Shown here piece by piece: positions 18,163-26,117 of a DNA stretch of 64,000 bases (within the stretch, counting starts at the first letter, position 1; each line of letters opens with the position of its first letter). The stretch is taken from positions 1 to 64,000 of IMG/VR virus record IMGVR_UViG_3300050506_000187, one strand, 5' to 3'. The notes below the pieces were generated by a model. That model saw only the letters and a program-made list of their open reading frames with translations, searched no databases and was not told the DNA's origin. Source of the stretch: a virus. Both the position numbers and the translations under genes were made by a program.

Positions 18163-18452
18163 ATCTTGGCCTTTCGGACGAGACGCATCACATCAGCGTG
18201 ACTCGTGGACGCGGCATCGTTGAAATTAATAATACCGCAGGAATTGTTAAGAAGATGATGCTTCCGAAGAGTTTCCATGATCGAATTCGAACGAGGACCA
18301 TATACTTTTCGGATTGCGCCAACGAGGCAGAACCGAACTGCCTTCGGAGAGTCCCATCCGACGACAAGCCCGTCCGCTGTTTCGCCGGTGGTGCCTTTCG
18401 TCCAGCGACGTTTGTCGCGAAGCAGCGCGGCGACTGTTTTGAATGTTCTCAT
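18159..18452 (-). CDS. small paralog family protein, copy 4
   Basis: RRWTKGTTGE...VRFCLVGAIRKVYG...INFNDAASTSHADVMRLVRKAKI. Confidence 0.65.
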   Translation of the reverse strand: MRTFKTVAALLRDKRRWTKGTTGETADGLVVGWDSPKAVRFCLVGAIRKVYGPRSNSIMETLRKHHLLNNSCGIINFNDAASTSHADVMRLVRKAKI

Positions 18453-18739
18453 ATATTGGCCTTTCGAACAACGTCAAGAATTTCAGCGTGCGTCCGTTTT
18501 GGGTTATCGTTGAACGCAGATATAGCCCCGATACCGACAACGGGCGCGAGTTTCGTATAGGCATCGGACCGCGATGCGTAATCCGGATAGACGTGCTGAA
18601 CAGCGCCAATGAGGCAAAAAGATACAGCGTCCGGATGATTAGGATCGCACGGGTCTCCGAGAATAGTCCGGGCTGAGGCTCGCTGAGTCCATCGATTCGG
18701 TGACTCAATCAATTCTGCAACAGTTTTGAAGTTATTCAT
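18449..18739 (-). CDS. small paralog family protein, copy 5
   Basis: NRWTQRASART...VSFCLIGAVQHVY...SAFNDNPKRTHAEILDVVRKANI. ATG at 18739. Confidence 0.65.
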   Translation of the reverse strand: MNNFKTVAELIESPNRWTQRASARTILGDPCDPNHPDAVSFCLIGAVQHVYPDYASRSDAYTKLAPVVGIGAISAFNDNPKRTHAEILDVVRKANI

Positions 18740-18749
18740 ACGCGCAAAC

Positions 18750-18786
18750 AATATAACACATCGCAAAATATATGCTAACAAAAAAA
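18750..18786 (-). promoter_or_regulatory. early promoter-like element (TTTTTTTGTTAGCA-N17-TATATT)
   Basis: Minus-strand reading. TGT precedes the -10 box. 10 nt to the ATG at 18739. Confidence 0.45.
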
Positions 18787-18790
18787 TGCA

Positions 18791-19456
18791 TCAACTGAAG
18801 ATTGGCGATGCCGGAGGATCGCCGATCCACGAAGTTCCCGGCAATGGCGTTTGTGGTGGTGGTGTTTCTGTTGCCGGTTGAACGATGCTGACCGGGTTTC
18901 GCAACGTAAGCGCATCGAGTTTGGACTCGATACGAAGCAACGTTCGTTCAATGTCGGTAATGCGATTGAGCATTGATTCGAATTGATCGCGCGCAGTGCG
19001 CACTTTATTGACGACGACTCGCGGCTTGCGCGGCGCGGGCTCCGGAAGCGATGCAACCATTTGAATAATGATGGAGAGAATTTCCGGCTCAGATTCCAAG
19101 TCGCGCTCGACTTGCGCGGCGCTGAGATTGAAGTCATCATCGGAGAGAAATGACTTGGCTTTGCGAACCCTCTTGCCGTTAAGATATTTCGTGATCATGT
19201 CGGCAATCCGAAACGCTTCTTCGAATCCGAAAAGGTCTCGCGCGGCCCAACAATGTTGCACCCCACGGAAAAAAATCCGGACATACCATCGATCTCCCAT
19301 TTTATAGCAGTTCTTGGGCCGGAATGCCGGGTTTGCAGACTCGGCTAACCCTCCGGCATGTGTCTGAAGCTGGGCGCTGAGTGGGCAGTTGAACTTCACG
19401 ACGTCTAGGCGTTTCGCCATTTTGTAAAACTCAGGAAACTTTTCAGCGGTTGTCAT
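18791..19456 (-). CDS. putative DNA-binding protein with AP2-like domain
   Basis: WYVRIFFRGVQHCWAARDLFGFEEAFRIAD. This is the first gene of the leftward arm. ATG at 19456; the ORF extends to 19504. Confidence 0.5.
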   Translation of the reverse strand: MTTAEKFPEFYKMAKRLDVVKFNCPLSAQLQTHAGGLAESANPAFRPKNCYKMGDRWYVRIFFRGVQHCWAARDLFGFEEAFRIADMITKYLNGKRVRKAKSFLSDDDFNLSAAQVERDLESEPEILSIIIQMVASLPEPAPRKPRVVVNKVRTARDQFESMLNRITDIERTLLRIESKLDALTLRNPVSIVQPATETPPPQTPLPGTSWIGDPPASPIFS

Positions 19457-19636
19457 ACGGATTTGATACGGATAAGGTAAACTGTTTTGCCGGATGCCTC
19501 GCAAAATGATTTGATTCTGCGGGACTTGTGCAAACGAGATAACGTTTTCCCGCAGCTTGGGCAGTGGTATTGATTACGCACGCCACTCGGGCGTGTCGGC
19601 GATTCGATGGATCGACGTTTCGTCATCTCGGTGGAA

Positions 19637-19673
19637 AGACTACCACGAAAAGAACGATTTTGCTAACGAAATC
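19637..19673 (-). promoter_or_regulatory. early promoter-like element (TTTCGTTAGCA-N18-TAGTCT)
   Basis: Minus-strand reading. Lies at the head of the leftward arm. Confidence 0.35.
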
Positions 19674-19696
19674 GCGTTTATTTTATTCAGAGAATA

Positions 19697-19867
19697 CTAT
19701 CAAAGCTATCAATGTTATATGGGGCGTTTTCAAGTCGTCAGGAAAAATTGATACACTACGATTACTTGTATTCTTAATTATACTTCAGGCGTATAAGTAA
19801 AATAATAGTATATCAAATTTTCCCAACGACTTGAAAAGGGCTCATATAACATTGATAGCTTTGATAG
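19697..19867. repeat. 42-bp imperfect inverted repeat (39/42) flanking an 87-bp AT-rich spacer
   Basis: The left arm 19697-19738 (CTATCAAAGCTATCAATGTTATATGGGGCGTTTTCAAGTCGT) is the reverse complement of 19826-19867 apart from 3 central mismatches. Confidence 0.9.
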
Positions 19868-19918
19868 AATTCATTGAATATTATCTAAAGGATTTTTTGA
19901 TCTTTTTTCGTGATCTTT

Positions 19919-19931
19919 CCTGACTATTAGG
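19919..19931 (+). promoter_or_regulatory. rightward start-proximal motif, instance 1 (CCTGACTATTAGG)
   Basis: Followed by a GTG at 19933. Confidence 0.45.
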
Positions 19932-19932
19932 C

Positions 19933-20082
19933 GTGAAGAAGTCAACACACGAGGACAAGCTTTTCGAAAGGGCACCGGTTTCGGTGCGAAAACTGCACAA
20001 ATTGGCCCGGCAGGAGCGCCGCGAGCGCCGCCGCAAGGAATGGGCGGAAAAGGTCTCCGGTATAGAAAGGACCGGACCTTGA
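19933..20082 (+). CDS. 49-aa highly basic small ORF
   Basis: Below the ORF-track size cutoff. GTG lies 1 nt after the motif. Sequence VKKSTHEDKLFERAP...[11 protein letters not shown]... Confidence 0.3.
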   Translation: MKKSTHEDKLFERAPVSVRKLHKLARQERRERRRKEWAEKVSGIERTGP

Positions 20083-20510
20083 AACCTACGGTATTTCCGG
20101 ACAAGGTCTGCAAAGCTTGCGGGCGACCATTCAATCGCCGAACCACCAAAACAGGAAGATTGGAATCCTTTGAGGATTGTTCCGTTCGTAAATTTTGTTC
20201 TCGAATATGCTGGAAAAAGTTTACTCGTGGAGAGAACCACCCGCTCTTTGTTCCGGGAGGAACTCCAAGAGCCGACGGATATTTTCGAACAACGGCTAAT
20301 GGCAAGAGAGAATATGTTCATCGGTTAGTAGCCGCAGAAATCTTAGGAAGGCCCCTTCAATCTTCAGAGCATGTCCATCACATCGATGAGAGTCCGGGGC
20401 TTAACGTAAAAGAAAATCTTCAAATCTCGACCAATTCAGAACATCGAAAGATTCATGCCGCCCGAGACCCCCGTTCCGAAATCGGAAGATTCGTATGCAA
20501 AGAGCGTTAA
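20040..20510 (+). CDS. HNH endonuclease
   Basis: [48 protein letters not shown], plus an N-terminal CKACG...CSRIC zinc motif. Confidence 0.75.
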   Translation: MGGKGLRYRKDRTLKPTVFPDKVCKACGRPFNRRTTKTGRLESFEDCSVRKFCSRICWKKFTRGENHPLFVPGGTPRADGYFRTTANGKREYVHRLVAAEILGRPLQSSEHVHHIDESPGLNVKENLQISTNSEHRKIHAARDPRSEIGRFVCKER

Positions 20511-21493
20511 TATTTGGGCTGACAGGCCAAGACGGGAGTTATCTCGCAGAGTTGCTTCTCTCTAAGGGATACGAAGTTCACGGCACGGTCCGCCGGTCCT
20601 CCACAAACAATCTCAGCCGGATCGAACACTTGCCCGCACTCAATTTGCACTACGCAGATTTGAGCGATTCGAACTCGCTCGACCGAGTCGTCGGCCAAAC
20701 AGCACCGCATGAAATTTACAATTTGGCGGCTCAGAGTCATGTTGCGGTTTCATTCGCGAATCCCGAATACACAGCCAATTGCGATGCGACTGGCACCATT
20801 CGAATACTTGAGTCGGTCCGAGCCCATGCGCCGCAAGCGCGATTTTACCAAGCCTCGTCAAGCGAGATGTTTGGCCTCGTTCAAGAAATACCGCAGCGTG
20901 AAACAACGCCGTTCCATCCTCGAAGCCCATATGGTTGCTCAAAAGTCTTTTCGTATTGGGCCGTTCGAAATTATCGGGAGAGTTATGGTTTACACGCCAG
21001 CAACGGAATATTATTCAATCACGAATCGCCTCGACGTGGACTCAACTTCGTTACTCGCAAGATCACTCGCGCTGTGGCTCGCATTAAGTTCGGCTTGCAA
21101 GACAAAGTTAAACTCGGCAATCTCGATGCGCAGCGTGATTGGGGCTTCGCCGGTGATTATGTCGATGCCATGTGGCGAATGTTGCAACAGCCGTCGCCGG
21201 ACGATTACGTCATCGCGACCGGCCAGACGTGGACCGTTCGTGATTTCGCCCGCACAGCTTTCGCATACGTTGGGCTCGACTGGAACGAGTATGTGGAAAC
21301 TGATGCCGCGTTATTGCGCCCTGCCGAAGTTGATTTACTTATCGGCGATGCGACCAAAGCTAAGACCAAGCTTGGATGGAGTCCGCGAGTTGGCTTTGAC
21401 GGACTTGTTCGAATGATGGTTGACGCCGACATCGACGACATCAAAAGTTTTTGCACGAATTGCGGCCAGACCGCTTTCAAACTCTCAACATGA
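20495..21493 (+). CDS. gmd: GDP-mannose 4,6-dehydratase
   Basis: [28 protein letters not shown] (YxxxK), [28 protein letters not shown]. Confidence 0.92.
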   Translation: MQRALIFGLTGQDGSYLAELLLSKGYEVHGTVRRSSTNNLSRIEHLPALNLHYADLSDSNSLDRVVGQTAPHEIYNLAAQSHVAVSFANPEYTANCDATGTIRILESVRAHAPQARFYQASSSEMFGLVQEIPQRETTPFHPRSPYGCSKVFSYWAVRNYRESYGLHASNGILFNHESPRRGLNFVTRKITRAVARIKFGLQDKVKLGNLDAQRDWGFAGDYVDAMWRMLQQPSPDDYVIATGQTWTVRDFARTAFAYVGLDWNEYVETDAALLRPAEVDLLIGDATKAKTKLGWSPRVGFDGLVRMMVDADIDDIKSFCTNCGQTAFKLST

Positions 21494-22086
21494 ACGATTT
21501 AGTTCAATCAGATACTCTCGCGAAAGCACAAAGCCTCGAACTCGACATTGAGAACATTTTCCTGTTGTATGCGACATTCTGCGGCGATGTTGAACGCACC
21601 GCACACGCATGCAATCGCACACCTTCAGAAATCATTTCGTTAGCTTCGGTCCATGGATGGAATGAAAAGCTTCGTGGCATTATTGAATTAAAACGATCCG
21701 GTAAGCCCGGTGACGTCGAACGCGCCATCAATCGCGCTCTCAATTTTGTTCAAGCGCATAAGTTTCGCCTTTTTCTTGAGCGGGTCCTCCGCGATATTTA
21801 TGCGCTTGATTCAGCGTATTTGATGGAATTGCTTGTTGTTGGCTCCGTGGACAAGGACGGTAACAAATCACACAAACTCAGCACGCGCGCTTTCGCAGAC
21901 CTTGCCGCAGCGTTAGAGAAATGCCAAGCGATGACTTATCTTGCGCTTGGTGATAGCGCAGGCGAGCGCAAGGGACGCGAAGAAGCCGCCGACAGTGAAG
22001 CCAGCGGCGTGTCGTTGCATTCGAAGCTTGCGGCACTCATGGCGAATAACAGTCCGAGTGCTGCGCTGGCGGATTCGCAGAAATGA
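21490..22086 (+). CDS. hypothetical protein (HTH-like N-terminus)
   Basis: ATG at 21490 forms an ATGA overlap with the gmd stop. [20 protein letters not shown] is vaguely similar to small-terminase/DNA-binding proteins. Confidence 0.55.
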   Translation: MNDLVQSDTLAKAQSLELDIENIFLLYATFCGDVERTAHACNRTPSEIISLASVHGWNEKLRGIIELKRSGKPGDVERAINRALNFVQAHKFRLFLERVLRDIYALDSAYLMELLVVGSVDKDGNKSHKLSTRAFADLAAALEKCQAMTYLALGDSAGERKGREEAADSEASGVSLHSKLAALMANNSPSAALADSQK

Positions 22087-22435
22087 GAAACAAGTGTGTC
22101 ATATTAGCACACACTGTGTCACAATGGCACAAAGCGAAAATCTGGCGAGAGATCGCGGGTTCGTTTGGATATACTCCCCGGCGCGTATAGGCACATCGTA
22201 TCTATATCGTGTATGGAGCGCAATACAACGAACCGTAAAGCCCAACGCCGGAATGGCTTGACGCCGTTCCGCCGAGCGGGCCATACGTCGCCCGGACCGG
22301 CCCCCGGGTCACCCTCGGTTTTCGCAAATTTGAGAAATGGGCTGGGGGTTTTGCGGTTTTGAATCCTTCGCTTAGGCACGATTTCGAGATGAAAAAATTT
22401 GGATCGAAGGCTTGACATGTGTGCTACATTAAGCC

Positions 22436-22717
22436 ATGAATAAATTTTTTCGCAAGCGTCCCGTCATCGTTCAGGCGGAACAGTTCATTTTCGATGATGG
22501 GGAATGGCCCGAAGGCGTTCGAATGAAGCCCGCCTTGGTTGGATTTGAGATGGACACCCCGCAGGGAATTCGAGAAGTGCATGACGGCGATTGGATCATC
22601 ACATCCCGCGAAGGTTGCCGGTATCCATGCAACGAAGCTATTTTCAAGATGTATTACGAGCCAGTCAGTGACGCAGAATCACAACGATTGAGCGCAAAGC
22701 CCAATGAAACTATCTGA
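22436..22717 (+). CDS. hypothetical protein
   Basis: 93-aa ORF. Confidence 0.6.
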   Translation: MNKFFRKRPVIVQAEQFIFDDGEWPEGVRMKPALVGFEMDTPQGIREVHDGDWIITSREGCRYPCNEAIFKMYYEPVSDAESQRLSAKPNETI

Positions 22718-22931
22718 AGCGCTGAGTCCCGCAGAATGCGCCGAGTTGCAAAATATTATGCTGCACGAGCCCGTGTTGCCCGGCCATACCATCAGTCACG
22801 CCGCCGCAACCTCGCTTGCGATTCGCGGACTTATTAAGCGCGACCCGTCCGGACGACGTTGGGTCGTGTGCTGGGACGCTGTCAAGGCGGGCGCAACTCA
22901 ATCAGTGCTCAGTCCTTTTGTCAAACCATAG
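22704..22931 (+). CDS. hypothetical protein
   Basis: 75-aa ORF. Confidence 0.5.
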   Translation: MKLSEALSPAECAELQNIMLHEPVLPGHTISHAAATSLAIRGLIKRDPSGRRWVVCWDAVKAGATQSVLSPFVKP

Positions 22932-22933
22932 TA

Positions 22934-22970
22934 TTTTTCGTTAGCACGGCATCCGCAGGTGTGATACAGT
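22934..22970 (+). promoter_or_regulatory. early-type promoter on the plus strand (TTTTTCGTTAGCA-N18-TACAGT)
   Basis: Same architecture as the minus-strand copies. TGTGA precedes the -10 box. An ATG lies 7 nt downstream at 22977. Confidence 0.45.
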
Positions 22971-22976
22971 TTGCAC

Positions 22977-23120
22977 ATGATTACATTCGTTTTTACAAAA
23001 CTCTTTGGAAAAGATTGGCATCAGAATCAGATCGCAGCTAATTCGATTCAGCAATTGTCCCTCTCGGCGTTATACCTCGCCGCCGCCGCAACCCTTCTTC
23101 GACTCGCGTTTAAACTATGA
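22977..23120 (+). CDS. 47-aa small hydrophobic ORF
   Basis: Below the ORF-track cutoff. It starts at the predicted transcription start and ends in an ATGA overlap with the HAD gene. Confidence 0.35.
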   Translation: MITFVFTKLFGKDWHQNQIAANSIQQLSLSALYLAAAATLLRLAFKL

Positions 23121-23461
23121 GTATCGCAGTTGACCTCGACGGAACGCTTGCGTATTACGACCATTGGCGCGGGCCGGAACATATCGGCGAGCCGATTCAG
23201 CCGATGATGGAGCGCGTCCGAGACTGGCTTGAGCAAGGACATGAGGTAGTAATCTTCACGGCCCGAATCACTCCGCATCCGGATTTTCCTACGGAAGATA
23301 CAGCGAGACTCCGCGACGGAGTCCGGATTATTCAGGACTGGCTTGAACAACATGGGCTACCTCGACTTCGGGTGACCAATATCAAAGACCCCGGGATGGA
23401 GGCTATTTGGGATGATCGCGCCGTGCGCGTTCGGGTTAATACAGGACTTATTGACCGATGA
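23117..23461 (+). CDS. HAD-superfamily phosphatase-like protein
   Basis: VDLDGTL (DxDxT) and VVIFTAR motifs. Confidence 0.6.
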   Translation: MSIAVDLDGTLAYYDHWRGPEHIGEPIQPMMERVRDWLEQGHEVVIFTARITPHPDFPTEDTARLRDGVRIIQDWLEQHGLPRLRVTNIKDPGMEAIWDDRAVRVRVNTGLIDR

Positions 23462-23676
23462 AAACCAAAAAATCTCCATTTCAATTTCGAATGGTCAACG
23501 TGTTCGGAAAACAATATCCCGCCATCGTCTTCGGGTTCCAGTATGCGCCGTTTATCTTTCGGGAATCGGCGAAAGCGGTCCTCGCCGATTTGAGCCGGAT
23601 GACTGCGGTGCAATCGCGGAAATCTTGGAAAGAATGGGGCCGGGCCTCACTTCGAACCCACAAACGAATTAAATGA
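23458..23676 (+). CDS. hypothetical protein
   Basis: 72-aa ORF with 4-nt overlaps on both sides. Confidence 0.5.
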   Translation: MKTKKSPFQFRMVNVFGKQYPAIVFGFQYAPFIFRESAKAVLADLSRMTAVQSRKSWKEWGRASLRTHKRIK

Positions 23677-24623
23677 GTATCTCATCTTATTCCTCGATTT
23701 TCAATCTCGGCCATCGGGCCATCGCCAATCTATTTTCGCGCCCGATCATCATCGAAGAAAAAATCGACGGGTCTCAATTTTCCTTCGGCGTCGATGAGTC
23801 CGGGACTCTGCACTGCCGCTCGAAAGGCAGCGAGATCAATCTGAGCGCCCCGGAGAAAATGTTTGCCGCCGGGGTGGAGTATGTTCAGTCGATTGCCGCT
23901 CGTCTGACTCCGGGTGATACATACCGTGGCGAATATTTGAAATCGCCGCATCATAATGCGCTTACGTATTCCCGCATTCCGCGCAACCACATTATTATTT
24001 TCGACATTGAAGCACCCGGTCAGAATTTTTATTCTCCTGCGGGAAAAGCCGCCGAGGCCGCACGTATCGGCCTCGAATGCGTTCCATGTTTCGCAAACTC
24101 CGCCGTTATTTCCGATCCGAACGAGTTACGCGCCTACCTCGACCGGGAATCGATACTCGGGGGTTGCAAGATCGAAGGCGTCGTAATCAAGCCCGCAGGT
24201 TACGATATGTTCAACATCGACAAAAAGGTGCTGCTTGCGAAATTTGTTTCCGAAGAATTCAAGGAAATTCACAACAAGACTTGGGACCGAGAGCACAAAA
24301 CGCCCGGCAGTAATGATGTCCTGACCTTGCTCAAGGCGAAGTATTCGACCGTCCCGCGCTGGCAGAAGGCCGTCCAGCACTTGACTGAGTCCGGCATTAT
24401 TACCGGCAACCTGACCGACATTCAGCACCTCATCAAGGAAATTCCCGCCGACGTCGAGCGGGAATGCAAAGCGCAGATAATGGAGGACCTATATGCATGG
24501 GCTTGGCCGCAACTGCGGCGAGGTCTCACCGCCGGTTTCCCGGAGTGGTATAAAGATCAACTCGTTCGTAAACAATTCAATGAAACCGAAAAAGAATCTG
24601 ACACAGTTAATGTCAGTCGTTAG
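23673..24623 (+). CDS. ATP-dependent RNA ligase-like nucleotidyltransferase
   Basis: EEKIDGSQFSF (KxDG), IIIFDIE, IEGVVIK, LLAKFVSEEFKE. Confidence 0.7.
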   Translation: MSISSYSSIFNLGHRAIANLFSRPIIIEEKIDGSQFSFGVDESGTLHCRSKGSEINLSAPEKMFAAGVEYVQSIAARLTPGDTYRGEYLKSPHHNALTYSRIPRNHIIIFDIEAPGQNFYSPAGKAAEAARIGLECVPCFANSAVISDPNELRAYLDRESILGGCKIEGVVIKPAGYDMFNIDKKVLLAKFVSEEFKEIHNKTWDREHKTPGSNDVLTLLKAKYSTVPRWQKAVQHLTESGIITGNLTDIQHLIKEIPADVERECKAQIMEDLYAWAWPQLRRGLTAGFPEWYKDQLVRKQFNETEKESDTVNVSR

Positions 24624-24771
24624 CCCGCTCGAAGGCCCCGGTTCTCCGAAGCCGGTTACTCTCGTCGGCCCCGGGGTATGCGTTCACATGCCGGGGTATC
24701 GAATCATCGCCACGCAGTTATCGCACCCAAAATTAAAATCCATTACGCTGAGTGTTTTTGGCCTGAACTGA

Positions 24772-25020
24772 ATGCAATACTTACTAACCGAAGAAGAGTT
24801 TAAGTCGCGAACCCCGGACCGCGCTGCCATCGAAAAAGAAATCCGGGAGAAGTATGACCGGGAGATGGCGAAGTGTCTTGCGATATTTGCCGCAAACGTT
24901 CTGCGCAATCCGCAATACTTTAACGAGTGGTCTACAGAAAAAACTCGTTGGAGCGCGTTGAAGCGCTTTGCGGCTGAGGCTCGATTTCCGGAAGTCACGC
25001 TCGGTGCCTTGCCGACGTAA
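24772..25020 (+). CDS. hypothetical protein
   Basis: 82-aa ORF. Confidence 0.5.
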   Translation: MQYLLTEEEFKSRTPDRAAIEKEIREKYDREMAKCLAIFAANVLRNPQYFNEWSTEKTRWSALKRFAAEARFPEVTLGALPT

Positions 25021-25049
25021 AATAAAGTGGGGAGCGTCTCCGTCTCCGG

Positions 25050-25061
25050 TGACTATTTTGT
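25050..25061 (+). promoter_or_regulatory. rightward start-proximal motif, instance 2 (TGACTATTTTGT)
   Basis: Followed by a GTG at 25062. Confidence 0.4.
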
Positions 25062-25400
25062 GTGAGTAGTCCGACATCGCCGACCCAAGTAGTCCGCGCG
25101 CAACCTGCGCCCGGAGATACCGACAATAATTTGCTTCGCAAAGTTGCGGCTCTGCTGGCAACCGGCGCGGGGCTTGCAGGTCTCGATGTTATTACCGACA
25201 ACGCAAAGCACTCCGGCAACTGGGGGATTTTTCACGCGCTGCAAGATTCCGTAGTTTCCGCAATCGAGTTTCAACCATACGCGAACGCAACCGGTTCCCT
25301 CGACGGCCAAACAATCAAAGCCGGGGACCGGGTCTATGGCTTTTTCAAATCGATTACGCTTGTGTCCGGTTCCGTCATTGCGTATCGAGTCGCATTATAA
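25062..25400 (+). CDS. hypothetical protein
   Basis: 112-aa ORF. Confidence 0.55.
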   Translation: MSSPTSPTQVVRAQPAPGDTDNNLLRKVAALLATGAGLAGLDVITDNAKHSGNWGIFHALQDSVVSAIEFQPYANATGSLDGQTIKAGDRVYGFFKSITLVSGSVIAYRVAL

Positions 25401-25415
25401 TTGCAAGTTAATATT

Positions 25416-25556
25416 ATGCTTGCAATACAAAATCAAAATCAGATTTTCGGCCCAATACTTGAAATCGGGGTCCCGATTCCGATTGGGGAAGACCGCATTA
25501 CGGAAGATGCAGAGCAGCGCATTACGGAATCCGGCGAAGATCGCATCATCGAATAA
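25416..25556 (+). CDS. 46-aa small ORF with RITE repeats
   Basis: Below the ORF-track cutoff. MLAIQNQNQIFGPILEIGVPIPIGEDRITEDAEQRITESGEDRIIE. Its stop lies 3 nt before the fibre-like gene. Confidence 0.4.
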   Translation: MLAIQNQNQIFGPILEIGVPIPIGEDRITEDAEQRITESGEDRIIE

Positions 25557-25559
25557 TTT

Positions 25560-26117
25560 ATGTCGAAGAAAATTTCACAGTTACCCGCCGTCGTTACCCC
25601 CGGAACCGCAGACCAGCACGAAGTAAACCAAGGCGGCGTCAGCAAGCGGTTGACGAGCGCTCAACTTCTCGATCTCGTCAGCACGGGCGCGTATAATTTT
25701 TCCAGTGTTGGCGTAGGCCCCGGTCCGGGCTCGACACTGCTCGGTGACGGTAGCGCGGTCCTCGCAGGCGGAGGACTCGTCATCGGCGCGGATGGCTCGA
25801 TCTCGAATGTCGCCGGTGCTTTTCAATTCAATGCCGATGGCTCCGGCTCGCTTACGTCCGGCCTGATTACGTGGAATACGAATGGAGACATCGCGGCTAA
25901 ATCACTGTCGATTAACGCCGGAGTTATCACCCTTGGCGCAGACGGCGTTATCTCGTCCAACGATACCGTCGTCGCCGACGTCCTCGTTAAATCGAATGGC
26001 CGGGTTGCCGCCGCAGATCATTTTGAATGCAATGCTCAAGCTGGTGTTACCGCCGACATCGTTGTCGGCGCGCAAACGTTGCATTTCGAAGGCGGTATTC
26101 TGACAAGCGTTGTATGA
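25560..26117 (+). CDS. tail-fibre-like protein
   Basis: N-terminal KISQLP...NQGGVSKRLTSAQL and a Gly/Ser/Ala-rich repetitive body. Confidence 0.55.
   Translation: MSKKISQLPAVVTPGTADQHEVNQGGVSKRLTSAQLLDLVSTGAYNFSSVGVGPGPGSTLLGDGSAVLAGGGLVIGADGSISNVAGAFQFNADGSGSLTSGLITWNTNGDIAAKSLSINAGVITLGADGVISSNDTVVADVLVKSNGRVAAADHFECNAQAGVTADIVVGAQTLHFEGGILTSVV

Noticed and set aside
19871-20321. Two overlapping minus-strand ORFs of about 145 aa
   Set aside because: They overlap the plus-strand HNH gene, which has a clear HNH motif. They also lie downstream of the rightward motif rather than any leftward promoter.
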